A DNA stretch of 64,000 nt, taken from contig NC_134470.1 in the NCBI RefSeq assembly GCF_964194025.1, positions 64,046,001-64,110,000 on the forward strand, in the 5' to 3' direction. The translations under genes and the position numbers were made by a program. The DNA comes from Convolutriloba macropyga (Eukaryota). Positions within the stretch are counted from its first letter, which is position 1. The number at the start of each line of letters is the position of its first letter. The notes under the pieces were generated by a model. It was not told where the DNA came from and made no database searches. It saw nothing but the letters and a program-made list of their open reading frames with translations. This document shows positions 13,333 through 26,388 of the stretch, in pieces.

Positions 13333-13791
13333 ATGGTCCCAAGAGATGGTAAAAAATGTCTCGATTGTGACGCTGAAACACTTTTTCGCGCTACTTGTGG
13401 TCCTATGCGGTTTATAACCGAAGCAGAACTAAATCGGGTTTGCCGGGAGCTTCGCTTAGAACAAGAGCAGCGTGACTGCTACGAGCTATTTCAAAGGTAA
13501 GCATTATTATCCCAACCCAAATTCACTCTGGCTACCTTAAAAATATAATCTTGGGTTTTTAGTTGTCCCGAGTTCGATACTGCACGGCATGATCCAGTTA
13601 CTTTATATGTAGCCCATCCCAAATTTAATTGCGTGGCCGCCTGTCTATCAACCATTATCACTGTAGATTGCACTCAGGCTGGAGAAATCGAGCAGCATTT
13701 TGTTACATTACCGAATGGACCAAACAAATACTTAATTAATTGTCCTGGAAAAAACCCCCGACCAGAGGAATCGAGGATGTGGAGTACGTAA
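13333..13791 (+). CDS. Orphan spliced ORF, ~130 aa, Cys-containing (exons 13333-13496 and 13563-13791); possibly a frameshifted pseudogene
   Basis: AG|GTAAGC donor at 13497 and TTTTTAG acceptor at 13562 define a 66-nt intron that keeps the frame open; AATAAA at 14002. Confidence 0.4.
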
Positions 13792-14045
13792 ACACTACAG
13801 ACTTACGATTATTTGCTCGCCAGTGTCGTTTAAACAATTATGTATACTATGATCCTGAGGGTGGGGATCAACCTTATTACCTAGAAATACCTGGAACACA
13901 TTGAGTGCAAGATTGGGGGCTATTCTTGAAATTTCAGGAGATAGAGCGTGTACAAAACTGCCTCCTAATATATCAATGCGAATTGAAATCAACAAGCGGG
14001 TAATAAACTTTTATTATACGTAATACAGATATATGCAGTGATATT

Positions 14046-14234
14046 TTAGTTTTTCTCGGCCTTGGCTTGCTCCATAGCGAGCATTTTCTCGACGGCCCAG
14101 ACCATTTTTTGATCCCGTTTTCGGATAACAGATATCTCGGATGCGGACACAGAAATCTCGGAACCTGACAAAATCGATTGAGATTTTCCTATTAAGTTGT
14201 GAATAACTTGTCTGGTTTGCTTTGATCTGGCCAT
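14046..14234 (-). CDS. Orphan 62-aa ORF beginning MARSKQT (histone H3 tail-like)
   Basis: AAAATGG start context; minus-strand AATAAA at 14010-14015, ~30 nt after the stop. Confidence 0.35.
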   Translation of the reverse strand: MARSKQTRQVIHNLIGKSQSILSGSEISVSASEISVIRKRDQKMVWAVEKMLAMEQAKAEKN

Positions 14235-17200
14235 TTTAGCTTGAAATACTTTCTTTACTGACTATTACTGTGCTTATATTCATTTATTTACACATTCACC
14301 GCCGCCTGTTTGTCTCATCAATCTAACCTGACAACTTAGTCTGCTTTTATCCGGTTTGTAACTTTGCTTGCTTTTACGCATATTTGTTACAATGAGAATT
14401 TGGGGCACTGTGTTGGCTTTCAAGAGAGAGCATAAATTTGTTCAAATTAGCTTCGGTGTAATTATCTTATAAAGATTGTTCTAATTACGAGCTTTCCAAC
14501 CAGCCTACATACAAGCATATTTGTCGCTTCAGTCAAATTCCATGCTCGCTAAAATTTTGACCAATCGACATGTACGAAATCTGAGTGGTTGTTCATGATT
14601 TCGTTCACTTTTTCAACAATTTCATTCGATTTAAAAAATAAAAGAAAAACAAAAGAAATTAATTGCAAGAAAATGAAAAGAAAAAAATCCAAAATTAAAA
14701 GAAGAAGATTTAATAGAAGAAGAACCAATTACGTGATTTAATTTTTTTTAAAAATCAAAAGTAAGAAAAATTTGAACTTGGTACCGTTTGCGATTTCATT
14801 TCTGTCCAATTTCAGCTCGGTCTCAATAATGTCAGGACCACTCCTTTTTCTGGTAAAATAAAAACTAATCAGCTAAACGGCTTTTTGTTTTTAACTACTG
14901 GTTCTATAACTTTGAACAACCTGTTTTTATAACAAACATGTAATTTTGTTATTTGTTCATACATATCTCTTTTTCTAAGCATTGTCGCATCATCAAACTT
15001 AGGACAGGTCATTTGGGCATTGAAAACAAAAAAATTACTTATCAGGTCTAAAACTTTCAGATTTCATTCTTTAAAACTGAGACTTCATTCTGATTACGTA
15101 AAAGAATTGATTTACTACTGAGGTTGATTTGGACATATTTGAGGCATTAAATTGACTGCTAATTGTTTTAATTACCTACAAACTACATAAAGTTCTCACA
15201 AATGTGTCTTTTGAATGTTCGCTAAACTGTATATTCTTGAAGTCTTGTCACTATTTTACAAAAATGGCAAGTCACGTAGCCATAAAAAAATGGCCAATCA
15301 AACTTTTATGAAAAAATTTCACCAATGCCAGATCCCATAAACTTTCTCTTAAAGCATACATTAAACTATTGGTTTCATGTTTTAAGTATTGTTTTACGCA
15401 TTGGACATTGTGTTTTCAAAAATTTCGTAAGTTTATGATACTTAACAATATTTGTGGTTCCTTTTGCGGCCTTTTTAAAAAGTTCTTTCAATAAGAAGTT
15501 CGATTGACGATAACATGAGACCCAAATGAACATAAATCTTTTCATTTAACTGCTAGTTATTCTAACGGCTTCAAAACTTCAAGTTCCCGTAAATCGTTTG
15601 TCAATTTTTCGAGTTTTGCCTGACGTCATTGTTAATTTGCCTGACGTCATTGTTTTGCCTGACAACATTGTTAACACTAATCCAATATTATTTCTTAAAA
15701 GCTAATAGTTGGTATGACTCATGGTTTTAAAAAATTCAAGCCTTTCAAACTTTGACTCTTTTCTGCCGAAAAGCTACCAAGTACTATCAAGGCAAGATTC
15801 CATCTCATTTCTGTAGAACGACAAATGTTGTAGTATAGACCGTACTCTGTGGCATTTTTGACTTATTTAAAAAGCGTTTTAAGTTTTTTATTCAATTTAT
15901 TTGATTTTTTTGTTTCCTTGTCTTAATATCGTTACGTCTCATCGGACCTCTAGTTCGACACGGTTCAGTTCTTTTAGTTTGTTCAGTTTTTAACGAGTTT
16001 TATCCAAACAATGATTTTCGACCAGTTAAGTTTTCTATCTCCTTTTCATTTGGTAGACAATTAAATTTAGAAAACGTGGACTAGAAGAATCGGAACATTG
16101 TGTGCAAACGCAAAATACCAAGTCCCTCCTTTTCGCTTTAAAACAAATAATCGTTGGAGTAAAAAAACAGTTGCAAGAAAATGTCAAATTCAAAGGATTA
16201 GTATGGATATTATTTATTTCTCGCGGCCAACTCTGATTAGTTTTCTCTATATCGTTCAAGATGTTTTACCACTCATTCACAAACGGTTTAATGTAGAAAA
16301 ACATTGGGTATCAATTTCAAATGCTGATGGTAAACACTGGATTTGATTATTGCTATCAATAAACATTTGGTTGCATTTGCAAGATTGCCATCTTGAAAAC
16401 ATAAAAAGAATGAGCATTATGCAGCAAAAACACCTCAGTAACGCAAGCTACACATTGATATACAGATGAACCTCGCGGACAATTTCAATTCAATTATTTG
16501 AATGATGTTCAAGTGATCACCCATCAAAATAAACACCCCAATAAGATTCTTCCTTGAAAACAATTAACAACAATGGACTAATGAATCGAGTTGTTGACAG
16601 GAAGCCTGTGCCCTCTGAACTAAATTAAGCATTATCCAAAGATAACTTTCTTTCAAGGGCCGCATTAAAAAAGTTGCCGTCTTCACTTCTCTTCTGAGAA
16701 AAAGCATGCGTTTTTTCTTGACTATTCGACTGCGGAATGGAGAAACCTAACGTTATGTTTTGATAATCAACTTCCAGACTACTTGTCTCAAATGAGTGTC
16801 AAAGAATATCGTGAATGAAGTCCTCTGTGTCGCAAAAGCGCTTATGCTGGTAAATTCATATATGTTAGTCTGTCGGAAACCTCATCACGCAGCAGCAAAA
16901 CTGTCTTGAGAAAAATTCCTCGCAAATAAAAACGCATGATACATCGAAAAAGAAGATGACATTCAAGGAAAAATGCTGTTGTGTTGTCCCCATTTCTGAC
17001 ACTAACGAAGAAACTCCATCAAATGTCTAGTACATACGCTTTAGAACAAAACCTTCGGTCCAGTCACTGCTTAATGGTTATCTGAGGAAGTCCCGATCCG
17101 AGCGCTCCGATATCTATACCGAAAAAAAAAGATTTGTCGTTTGAACCCCGCCTTCAAAAACAGTAAATACTTGTTCCTGGACGCTGCTTTCGGAAATGAA

Positions 17201-17519
17201 ATCAGACAGCTGCTGATTTAATTACTTCAAAGGGCAAATTACACAATACGACCAAAATTACTTGAAACGCAAAACCTCAATTGTCCATCAGTGAATGCGC
17301 ATAATATGATTAACTTACGTTAAGGGCATTTTAAGAGAAAAGTCCGACTCAGAAAATGTAAAGACTGAAGTGATCCTAAAAATTCACTACGCTGAATTAT
17401 GGTGTATACATTGCGACAAAGAAGCGTAAAACAGAAGTTATTATATAAAAATTTGCGTTCAATCGACAGTTTCAAGTTCTTACTCAGAAGATTGAGATAT
17501 AACAAATTCATAATTTTGG

Positions 17520-19770
17520 ATAACTTCTATCGTGAAAACAGTCAGAAACAAAGTGAATTGCTGAACTTGGAAAAACTTGCCGTACTGCGATGTTAATGGT
17601 TTCGATAAACTGGATGACCTCGAACTTTCCAATCTGAGACATTGGAAAAAAGCTTGCAGAAGAATAGCATCGAAATAACAGCCTCAAAACCTGGCCAGAT
17701 TAAGAACGTATTCACGGAAATCAATTATGAAAACTAAGTGCAGTTCTAACTCAGTTGAGAAGTTCTTCAAATTCCGTGGTGCTCATCGTCTGTTTGATAC
17801 AAAACGCACACACTTGACTGCGCCCAACAAAGCCTTAAATCTCTCTGGTACTGCATATCTGAAAAAGTTCTTACCGGAACTCTAGCCGTTGATAGACCGT
17901 AGTTTGCTCAACATGAAAGGGCGTAAGATTCGAAGTGGGTAGCATCAATCTTCTCAAGTCTGTAAACTGTTTAAAATCTTCTGTTACCCAACTGTGATGC
18001 GCCGAACAAGCAGGCATCACCAAAATATATGGACACCAGAAATCTTCTCAAGGGTATAATGTTGAAATAACACCTAGAATGGGAAGCGTTTGAATTCGTT
18101 GTTGAAATTCTCGGAAGGGTCATCAAAAATTGATCGAAGACCTCAAATTCAAGACAAACAAACCATTTAGAAAACTCTGACTCAGTGCAAAATTGACAGA
18201 AGAGAGTTACTGTAACTTTAATCCCACCCAAAAAAAACTTAGAAGCTAAATCTGAGGGTAACACTCTTCCTCCAGTCTGACAAAAAAAATTTTACCAAAA
18301 ATTGACACGCAATTGACAACAATTTTCAATAATATCTAGCGAAAAGGCCCACCTTGTTTACCCTCTTTGATCTCTCGAATAGCCAAAAAATTATCCACTA
18401 TTTGATCGCTCCAATAAAAAAGTTCAAGGTCACAGACGGGCTAGCTCAAACGCTCATTGAAAAGTTTTGCACAGTCAAACAAACTCCCTTGCCCACTTGC
18501 CGGTGGTTTTGAAAAAATTTCTGCAACTGGTACCAAGAAGTTTGGTCAATCTAAGTTTGTTTCTTCAGTTGAGGTTATAACCAAGGGAGGAAAAACAAAT
18601 GTCACAACTAATACAATAAACTATTTATTGTCATACACCAAATTCACAATTTTATCGTGCAAACAGTGGAAAACGTGAATTGCTGAAACTAAAAAGAAAC
18701 TTGCCGTACTCCAATGTTATTAGTTTTGATTTTAAAAAAGATTCACAATGAACATCCCAATCTGAGATATTGAAAAAACAGCTTGAAGGACAATAGCATC
18801 GAAATAACATGCGCAGAACCTGACCAGCTCAAAGAGGAATTCAAAGAATTCAATAAAAAAAACTGAAAGCAGCTCTAACTCAAGAGGATAAATTCTTCAT
18901 CTGGCGTGCTTCTTATCGTCTGTTTGACACAGAACGCATATACATGACTGTGCCCAACACAGCCTTAAATGTCTTGGCCGCTGCATATCCTAAAACATTC
19001 CTAGCGGAGAAACATTCCTAGCGGAGTTCTAGACGCTGCTTGACCGTAATTTGAGCAACATGAAAGCGCGCATGATTCGAAGTGGGTAGCATCAGTCTTC
19101 TTCTCAAGTCTGAAAACTGCTAATAATCTTCTCTAACCCAACTGTGATGCGCCGAACACAATGACATCACCAAATTATATGGATGCCAACAATCGATATA
19201 GTGGGATAAAGTTGAAATAACACTGGGATGTTAAAATAACACCTAGCCCTCAAGGCATTTGAATTGGTTGTTGAAATCCTCACAAGGATCGACAATTGAT
19301 CAAAGACATCGAATTCTGCCAAATTCAACATTTTGATAAAGATTTTGATACAGATTACGGAAGTGTTACTGTAGCTCTTAATCGCACAGAACACGAACTT
19401 AATACCTACATCTCGGGGTAGCATCCACTCCTTTACTCTGGCAATGGAAATTTCAGCAAAAATTGACACGGGCAATTTTCAAAAAGGTCTAGCGAAAAGG
19501 CCTACCTTGTTTACCCTCTTTGATCTCTCAAATTGCCAAAAAACACCGTCCACTATTTGATCACTCCAATAAAAAAATCAAGCTCAAAGACGAGCTAGCT
19601 CAGAGGCCTATTGAAAAGTCTTGCACACTCGAACATAAACTCCGTTGCGCATTTGGCGGTATTTATGGAAAACTGTCGGAAACGGGCATCAAAGAAATGG
19701 TCAATCAAAAAACGTTGCTTCAGTTGAGGTTAAAACCTTGGGTGGAAAAACAAAAGTCACACTTCTTACA
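17520..19770. repeat. Diverged tandem duplication (~1.13-kb unit) of decayed coding-like sequence next to the Polinton relics
   Basis: Shared anchors: AATAGCATCGAAATAACA (~17664/18792), GATTCGAAGTGGGTAGCATCA (~17927/19075), CTGTGATGCGCCGAACA (~17992/19142), CACCTTGTTTACCCTCTTTGATCTCTC-like (~18350/19503). Confidence 0.85.
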
Positions 19771-22039
19771 AGATATCTATCTTTCTCTGATAGGAAGCAA
19801 AGTATTTACACTTTTAACCTATCTTATCTTAATCTAATATTGAAAGGAGTGTTACTTTTGAGTAAATAGGTAACACTTAGCTGAATCTGTAAAACTTTTT
19901 AATGGATCTTTTCATCTTCTAATGGATATGTCTAATTTTTAAAGGGTGTCAGCAACATTCAATAGGTTGTCAAAAAACTCCATAAGGATTAACTAATTCA
20001 CTGCCGGATTCACGAGACTAGTTGAGAAGAATTTCCTGCTCAACAAAAATATCATTCCAAATCCTTTCACTTCTTCATTCAAGTTACTGTCCTTATAAAA
20101 AAATGTTCAGAATCTCTTATGACATTTCAGATATTGCACTTAAGACTTCAGATACGTCGTTTCATATCTTGAAAATCTTTGCCAATTGTGAATCTTGCCA
20201 GAGATTATTTCTTTACGCTTTCAGTCTCATTCCTACCCTTTTCGCTTCGTCATTCAAGTTACTATTCCATGTAATAAATTTCAGATTTTCCTATCATATT
20301 TCAAATAATCCACTTCACATTTCATACACTGTTTCACATATTCAAAAAAATTCTTTTCAAAAAGTGAATCTTGTTATGACTGATTGATAAACTCCCATAA
20401 CCTTTCAATCAGACCAATTGCTAATTTTTTGTAACGTTGTAGTTAAAAAAATCTACTTTCTGGAAACATAATTGCTACTGTTTTTAACATATTTTGATAT
20501 TGCGCTCAATCTAATTCAGCAGCACGCGTTTCAACGATGAAATTAAAAATATTTCTTAAAGAGTCAGACGGAATAAACAAATTTGACATTTAGTTGAGCT
20601 AATTTAAAATTTCAGACATTAACTTTATCACAATTTTCATAAGTTTTGAAGTTCGGTTTAGCTGTATTATTAAGAATTCCTTGAAATCAGTTACCTGCGA
20701 TATCTTACTCCGAGTTTACTCTTCGCAATTTTTTATCAACGACGTAAGGTATCATTGTTTGTTACTTGATACTCTGAGTTATTGATATCAATGTTACTTC
20801 TCAACTAGCAACCTCATCACCAAATTCTACTCAAAAATCAGCAGCCTTTGCACAAACAACTGAGATATCTTGAAAGTTAGTCTATGTTCGATTGTGATTT
20901 AGAAATCGTCCTTTGAATGGATTTTAGAGAGGGAATATTTATTGTTAAACATATAGTGAATGAGAACAGAGAATTTAACCAAACATTGAATAATAGGACC
21001 AAACAGTGATCATCAGATAAAATGCCCAGATGAATCATTCAAGCGTACAAAAAACACTAACTATTTGAACTTGTAAACAACACTTTAATTTTTCAAAAAT
21101 GTATGTGTAATGATTCACAAGTAAATTTTTTAAAATTAAAAAATGTAGAAATGGTTATAAAAATAGCGCTATAGGGACCACTAAAGTGAAGAAAACTTTT
21201 GTCAAATTTTATAAATTGTTACTATTCAACCGTGAGTTTTTTTAGAAGAATATATCAAATCATTTCTTAAGAAACTCTGCAATATAGTTAAGTAGTTGAT
21301 GAGTTTTCCAACTAAGACAGCGTTAAATATCTATCTATTTACGTCATGTCATGTAGATACGATCAATAATTTAATTTATCTGGTTGTAACTTTTGTTCAG
21401 ATAATTTGTTTATACTAAGGAAAAGTTGTCCCTTCTCATGTCGCTTTCTTTTCACCATGCAAGTGTTGCTAGTTCAAACCTGATTGAATCAAAACAAGTT
21501 CCATCGTTCTCGCAAAATAATAACGTTACTCTAATGTTCTGGACAATATCACAACCTTTGAATTTAGTTCAAGCAATAGGCAAAAAATTTTTTCTTATTG
21601 TTCTTTGTTCTAATTTTCTATGTTCGTCATTTTGAAACAATCGTGGAGACTTTGCACTTCAGAACCCCAGTTAGTGCTCAATATCGGGGTCCAAGAGTTG
21701 GTTCAAAAATTACAGTAAAAAATTTCCACCCTAAGATTTGCAATAAGAAAAAACCAGAAATCCGAAATCAAAGCTCTCACTGTTTCGTTAACAGATATGA
21801 CCACCAAATCAGTGCAGATAAATGAAAAACAGCGCATTAACTTTTTCCCTGATTTTAACGAAGACGTTGCGCTGCTCAGGGTGGAAAAATGGAACACGAT
21901 TGGAAAGTGTAACCAATGATGGTGCTTCGCGCTTCTTTTCAAAAATATTACCTTAATTCGAAAACAAAACGCTGTTGAGTTTGACTACAAACAATTTACA
22001 GTCGCCTTCTATCAGAATCGTGAAGACCTGTTACAGATG

Positions 22040-22190
22040 CTATTGGAATTAACCGAATTAATAAAAAATTTGTTTTCCGAAATAACTTTTGGAACCAGAT
22101 CAGCAGGGAAACAACCAAGAAACTTGTATTTTAGTTGAGAAAATTGAAAACTTACTTTGTAAAGTTGTGAACCCTCCACGTTTTGTAACT
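22040..22190 (-). pseudogene. Adenain-like cysteine protease fragment (Polinton PRO)
   Basis: LKYKFLGCFPADLVPKVISENKFFINS resembles the N-terminal F/YLGxFPxD...IIN motif; lies directly downstream of the capsid relic. Confidence 0.6.
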
Positions 22191-22199
22191 TCACTAGTA

Positions 22200-22650
22200 T
22201 TAATTACAACAGTAGTCAAACTTCTCTCCATTAATCATAAATTCAATTGTCTTTCAAATTTTTACTGAAATATAATTCTAATCTCAATCCAGCGGCAATT
22301 ATATCTGGATAGTATAGCTACACCTTGGACTCTTGCATTGTCGTTAAATCAATGAAAAGGAGATAGTGGTCGATTTTCAGTTTTGATATTTGTCCATGCC
22401 CCTTCCATAGTAGTTATATAAGAACAATTTCATCGCGTAATTCTAACTTCTCTTTGTCCATATTTCGGAAAAAGAAATGGGTTCCGTTCTTTCTTTCCTG
22501 TGGAATCTTTGTTCTTATGCAAACAATCCCGAATGAGCGAATGGGTCCGTTGTTTAAAACATTTTCTTGAATGATTTGATTTTGACCACCAGGAATGATA
22601 TCTCTTATTTTTATTAAAAATTCTTATTTTTCTGAAGTAATTTTCATCCA
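22200..22650 (-). pseudogene. Major capsid protein C-terminal fragment (Polinton/adintovirus)
   Basis: Frameshifted peptides IIPGGQNQIIQENVLNNGPI and HYLLFIDLTTMQESKV*LYYPDIIAAGLRLELYF resemble, from memory, adintovirus-type capsid C-termini. Confidence 0.6.
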
Positions 22651-22715
22651 CAGCAACTTGTCATGTCAAAATTTACGCCTCAATAATTAGCGCTTGACCG
22701 TTATCCATACTCGAG

Positions 22716-23562
22716 ATCAAATGAAATGATGGTCTGGAGCGAATGTTTGATTCTGCATTAACGTTTGGTAGAATTTATTTATCTTTTTTGAAAATATCCG
22801 CATGAAAACGTCCACCATCTTGAAAAGCTCCACCATCAACTTTAATTGGATTTCCTGGTAAAAACAACCTTCGCAGACTGATATCGAGTAACTAGTAAGC
22901 AACAAGTTTTACAGAAATTTCAAGGAAATAGACAAAAACATATTTGAGGTTGATCTTAAAAGCAGTACTGTTGAACACAAAGAACCACTGGTCGTTGGGT
23001 TCTTTGTATTACAGTAGGCGGAACTAACATTGATTGAACTCGTTTACAACTTCTTCGATCGGTTCTAAGACTCAGACAAGCACGAACTCATTAAAAGGGA
23101 CACAGGCAGTCTTTATATTGCAATGAGTGAAAAATATAAAAATATTTTTAAGCCAACTATTAGTGACTATAGGTACGACTTTCAAGCAGACAATATAGCG
23201 AGTTTTTCCCTCGTGAAAGTTGTGCTCCCCAACAGACACGATCAGACAACCCCAGGATTATTTAAAGAATCCCTCTGATGGTTGCAGAGTGCTCTAAGAC
23301 CGAATGCTGTTTTGAAACTGTACAAAAAATTAAACTGAGTTGCAAAGTCCTGAAAAAATGTATTCTGATTAACGATAATCCCTTACAGAATTAAAAATCT
23401 GTGTTATTTGAAGGAGTATATGGTTATTATAAATCGTGATTTCAGAACTATAGACAGCGAAAAAAGTATGTACATATAAAATGAGAAAAAGAGGACTGTC
23501 CTAAGTCATTCCCAAAGAGATCATTGAAGCCGACGAAATATACACCAAAAACTTTGAACTTA
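22716..23562 (+). pseudogene. Protein-primed family B DNA polymerase, C-terminal part
   Basis: VEHKEPLVVGFFVLQ*AELTLIELVYNFFDRF...RDTGSLYIAMSE (decayed DTDS motif at ~23099), TPGLFKE, CSKT, NRDFRT, KRGLS; many stops and frameshifts. Confidence 0.85.
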
Positions 23563-26388
23563 AAAAACTTTCATTTTTTAAAATAATTATGTGTAATGAT
23601 TGAGATATTTAATTTTAGAATTCACAAAAATCGTAGAAATGTAAAAAAAAATTATATCGCTATAGGGTTAACTAAAGAGCGAATTTTTGTCAGATAAAAA
23701 TTCTTACCAGTCTACCGAGAAAATTCAAATTCTTTCGATGAGAAATTTTTACATTATAGCTGTGACAATCTTTTTAAGTTCTCGGTGAGTCTTCCAAAAT
23801 AAATTGTGTTTAATATCATCGTTCAATTTCGCCTTGTGGAACTTCATATAAGTTGTGATCAATAATGTTTATTTCAATGTAGAAATTCATTTTTCTGATC
23901 TGTATATACCCCAGTTGACGTTGAATCATCACGTCGATTTTCCTTACTAATTAAAATTTCATTAGCTCAAACGTCTTTGAATCAAATTCAGTTCCAACGT
24001 ACTTACAAAAGAACAAGGGCACTTTATTGTTCTGAAGAAAATATTAAATTTTCAAATGATTCGACAGAACGCACAGTCAAATTAATCAATCTTTTCTGAG
24101 ATCATTTCTTTTCGACAGTTCTTGAAACTCATCACTTGATAAATTGTTGTATCTTTAAGATCCCCACATGGAATTTTCTTCTTACAACTCGGTTTTCGTT
24201 TGAGGGCTTTTCAGAGAAGTACCCCTAATTTTTTTTGATAAAAAATATTGAGGAGGATTATACTCTGGTAGCCCTGAGTTTTGTAGTTAAGAAAAATTAA
24301 ACCTGATTTATTTTTTTTCAGAACTTTGTACCAATAGTGGAAGTTTTTTCTCTGCCAAAACAGTCCAAGCAAAATGGGCATCTTGACAGTTTTCATACTC
24401 AAATTCATTGAGTCCACATTTCCTACAACCGGATACCAAATAGCAGAACAATACATTTCTTCATGACTCCCATGTTTTTTTCTTTCGACGACAGTTCTTA
24501 GTGTAATTCCTGGTACGGATCTGAGAAAGATTACCGACAACTTTATTAGATTGCGCAAATGAGACTGATTTGTCTGAACGTATCTTTCAATCAAGTTATC
24601 TTCAACATTTTAGTGGTGGAAAACTTTTCTTGCGCCCATTCATTTCTACATTCTCCACAATCTATCAAAAAAAATTATTTAATCCCGCCAAGTTAACTCC
24701 CTATAAACAATTGGGTTAATGAACGGCACCAAAATGCAGCTGAAATACTCAAACTATACTACTGGTAATGCTCAAGTTCATTTGGTTCCAGATTTTGCTA
24801 TCAAGTTCACCAATTCACCGACACTGTTTATCGTTAATGAAATCAGAATTTTCCCCTACTGCCGCAAAAACAAAACCTCCGTAAACAAAATTTGAGAAGT
24901 CTAAAAAATTTTGATTTAAAAGGTATGCCCCACATACCCGCTAAATAGAATTTTCAAAACACCAAAAACTAAATTCCCAAAGGCTCAACAAACAAAAACA
25001 TCGCTCATAAGAAAATAGGGACACGTATTTGAAATTTCCATATGCCCAGAAAAATGCCACGAAATCAGATTTTTAGAAATACGATGTGTAGTAGAAGGGG
25101 GGTCAGAATCCCTCCTCCTCCATACAAGCAAATGGCAGATTAATAAACTACTCATGTCTTCTGTGTATGTACCAAATTTCTGTTTAAGGAATTGGGCGTT
25201 TTTCAAGCTAGACACGCAAAAGCTGTTTGCGATTACCTCTGACAAGAGGCTGCGAACGTTTGAGAACGTATAATATTGTGACGATTAGATGAAGAGGAGC
25301 TACATAAGCGTGATCGTTTTTTTCTTCTACATCACGTCAACTGTTTTAAAAAATCTCAATGATATTCGACTCTATTAAAAACTCAAGATCATTTTTTTAT
25401 CTGAAAGAACCTGCTAACGAAACCAGGTAACCTGCTGTTCGACGTTTTAACACTTCAAAACTTTGGTCACTCCATCCTCCTCAGCAAAAATTCCCCATTC
25501 ACAACTGGTGTCCAGAAACTTTTGACGTTCGAAAACATTTCATAGTGGCAACTGGACTTCATTCGGGCCTCAAGACTCCTCCAATACAGTTGCGCAAAAA
25601 TTGTTGCGCAAAAATTATGTAAACAAACAAAAAAATAGATTGAATCAAGGTCATACTTCACTTAGGACATACATCGAACCTAAAGTGCTTTAACCAGTCT
25701 GACCCGAGTGCTAAGTCACAATTTTTGTTGGTTAGACTAAAAACTGTCGAAAATCGGTAGCACAAAAATTGCATTGAAAACGATCAACCAGAATAACAGA
25801 ATTGCTGCGAACTTTGTTTCAGATTAATTAAAAATATGATGAAAGAAGTTATGATCAAAACGAGCAAGCTTGAGAAGATTCCTGGACTACTATCTTCAAA
25901 TGGTTAGTTATGGTGAAAAATCTGTCGGCAGAGCTTGTATACTTCGAGTATTCACAATTCTATGACAATTTATTGACAAAAATTTGATTGCTTGTAATAA
26001 GCGTCAGAGATCAATCCTAGCAGACGTGTCGCGCATTGTCGAGACTGGCTGTACTCAAACCTTCATCATTCTGAGGAGTCATTCTCAATATAATTTTCCC
26101 GTGAGGGAAACGAGGAACTATAAGGTTAAAAATGCGTCTAAAAATTGCTCGAAAAAAAGTATTAAGTCTGCGAGCGAATTTCTCTGAGAGTGATATTTGC
26201 CATTATTACAGCAACAATTTGTACAAGCAATGCGACATCAATTATCTGTTAAATCACATTGTGAGTGACAATCTGAGTTTCTCAAATTAAAATTAAAATC
26301 CCTCAAATGGAAAGAAGCCGACGAGCAATTCACGACATAATGTCGCATTGTTCCTGTACATTTTAAAGAAATATTCAGATAGATAACA

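Larger units (their letters stand above)
21020..24600. mobile_element. Decayed Polinton/Maverick (adintovirus-like) region, at least two partial copies
   Basis: pPolB, capsid and protease relics (below); the segment after the polB stop is present twice (~21030-21640 and ~23520-24130). Boundaries approximate; no TIR recognised. Confidence 0.75.
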
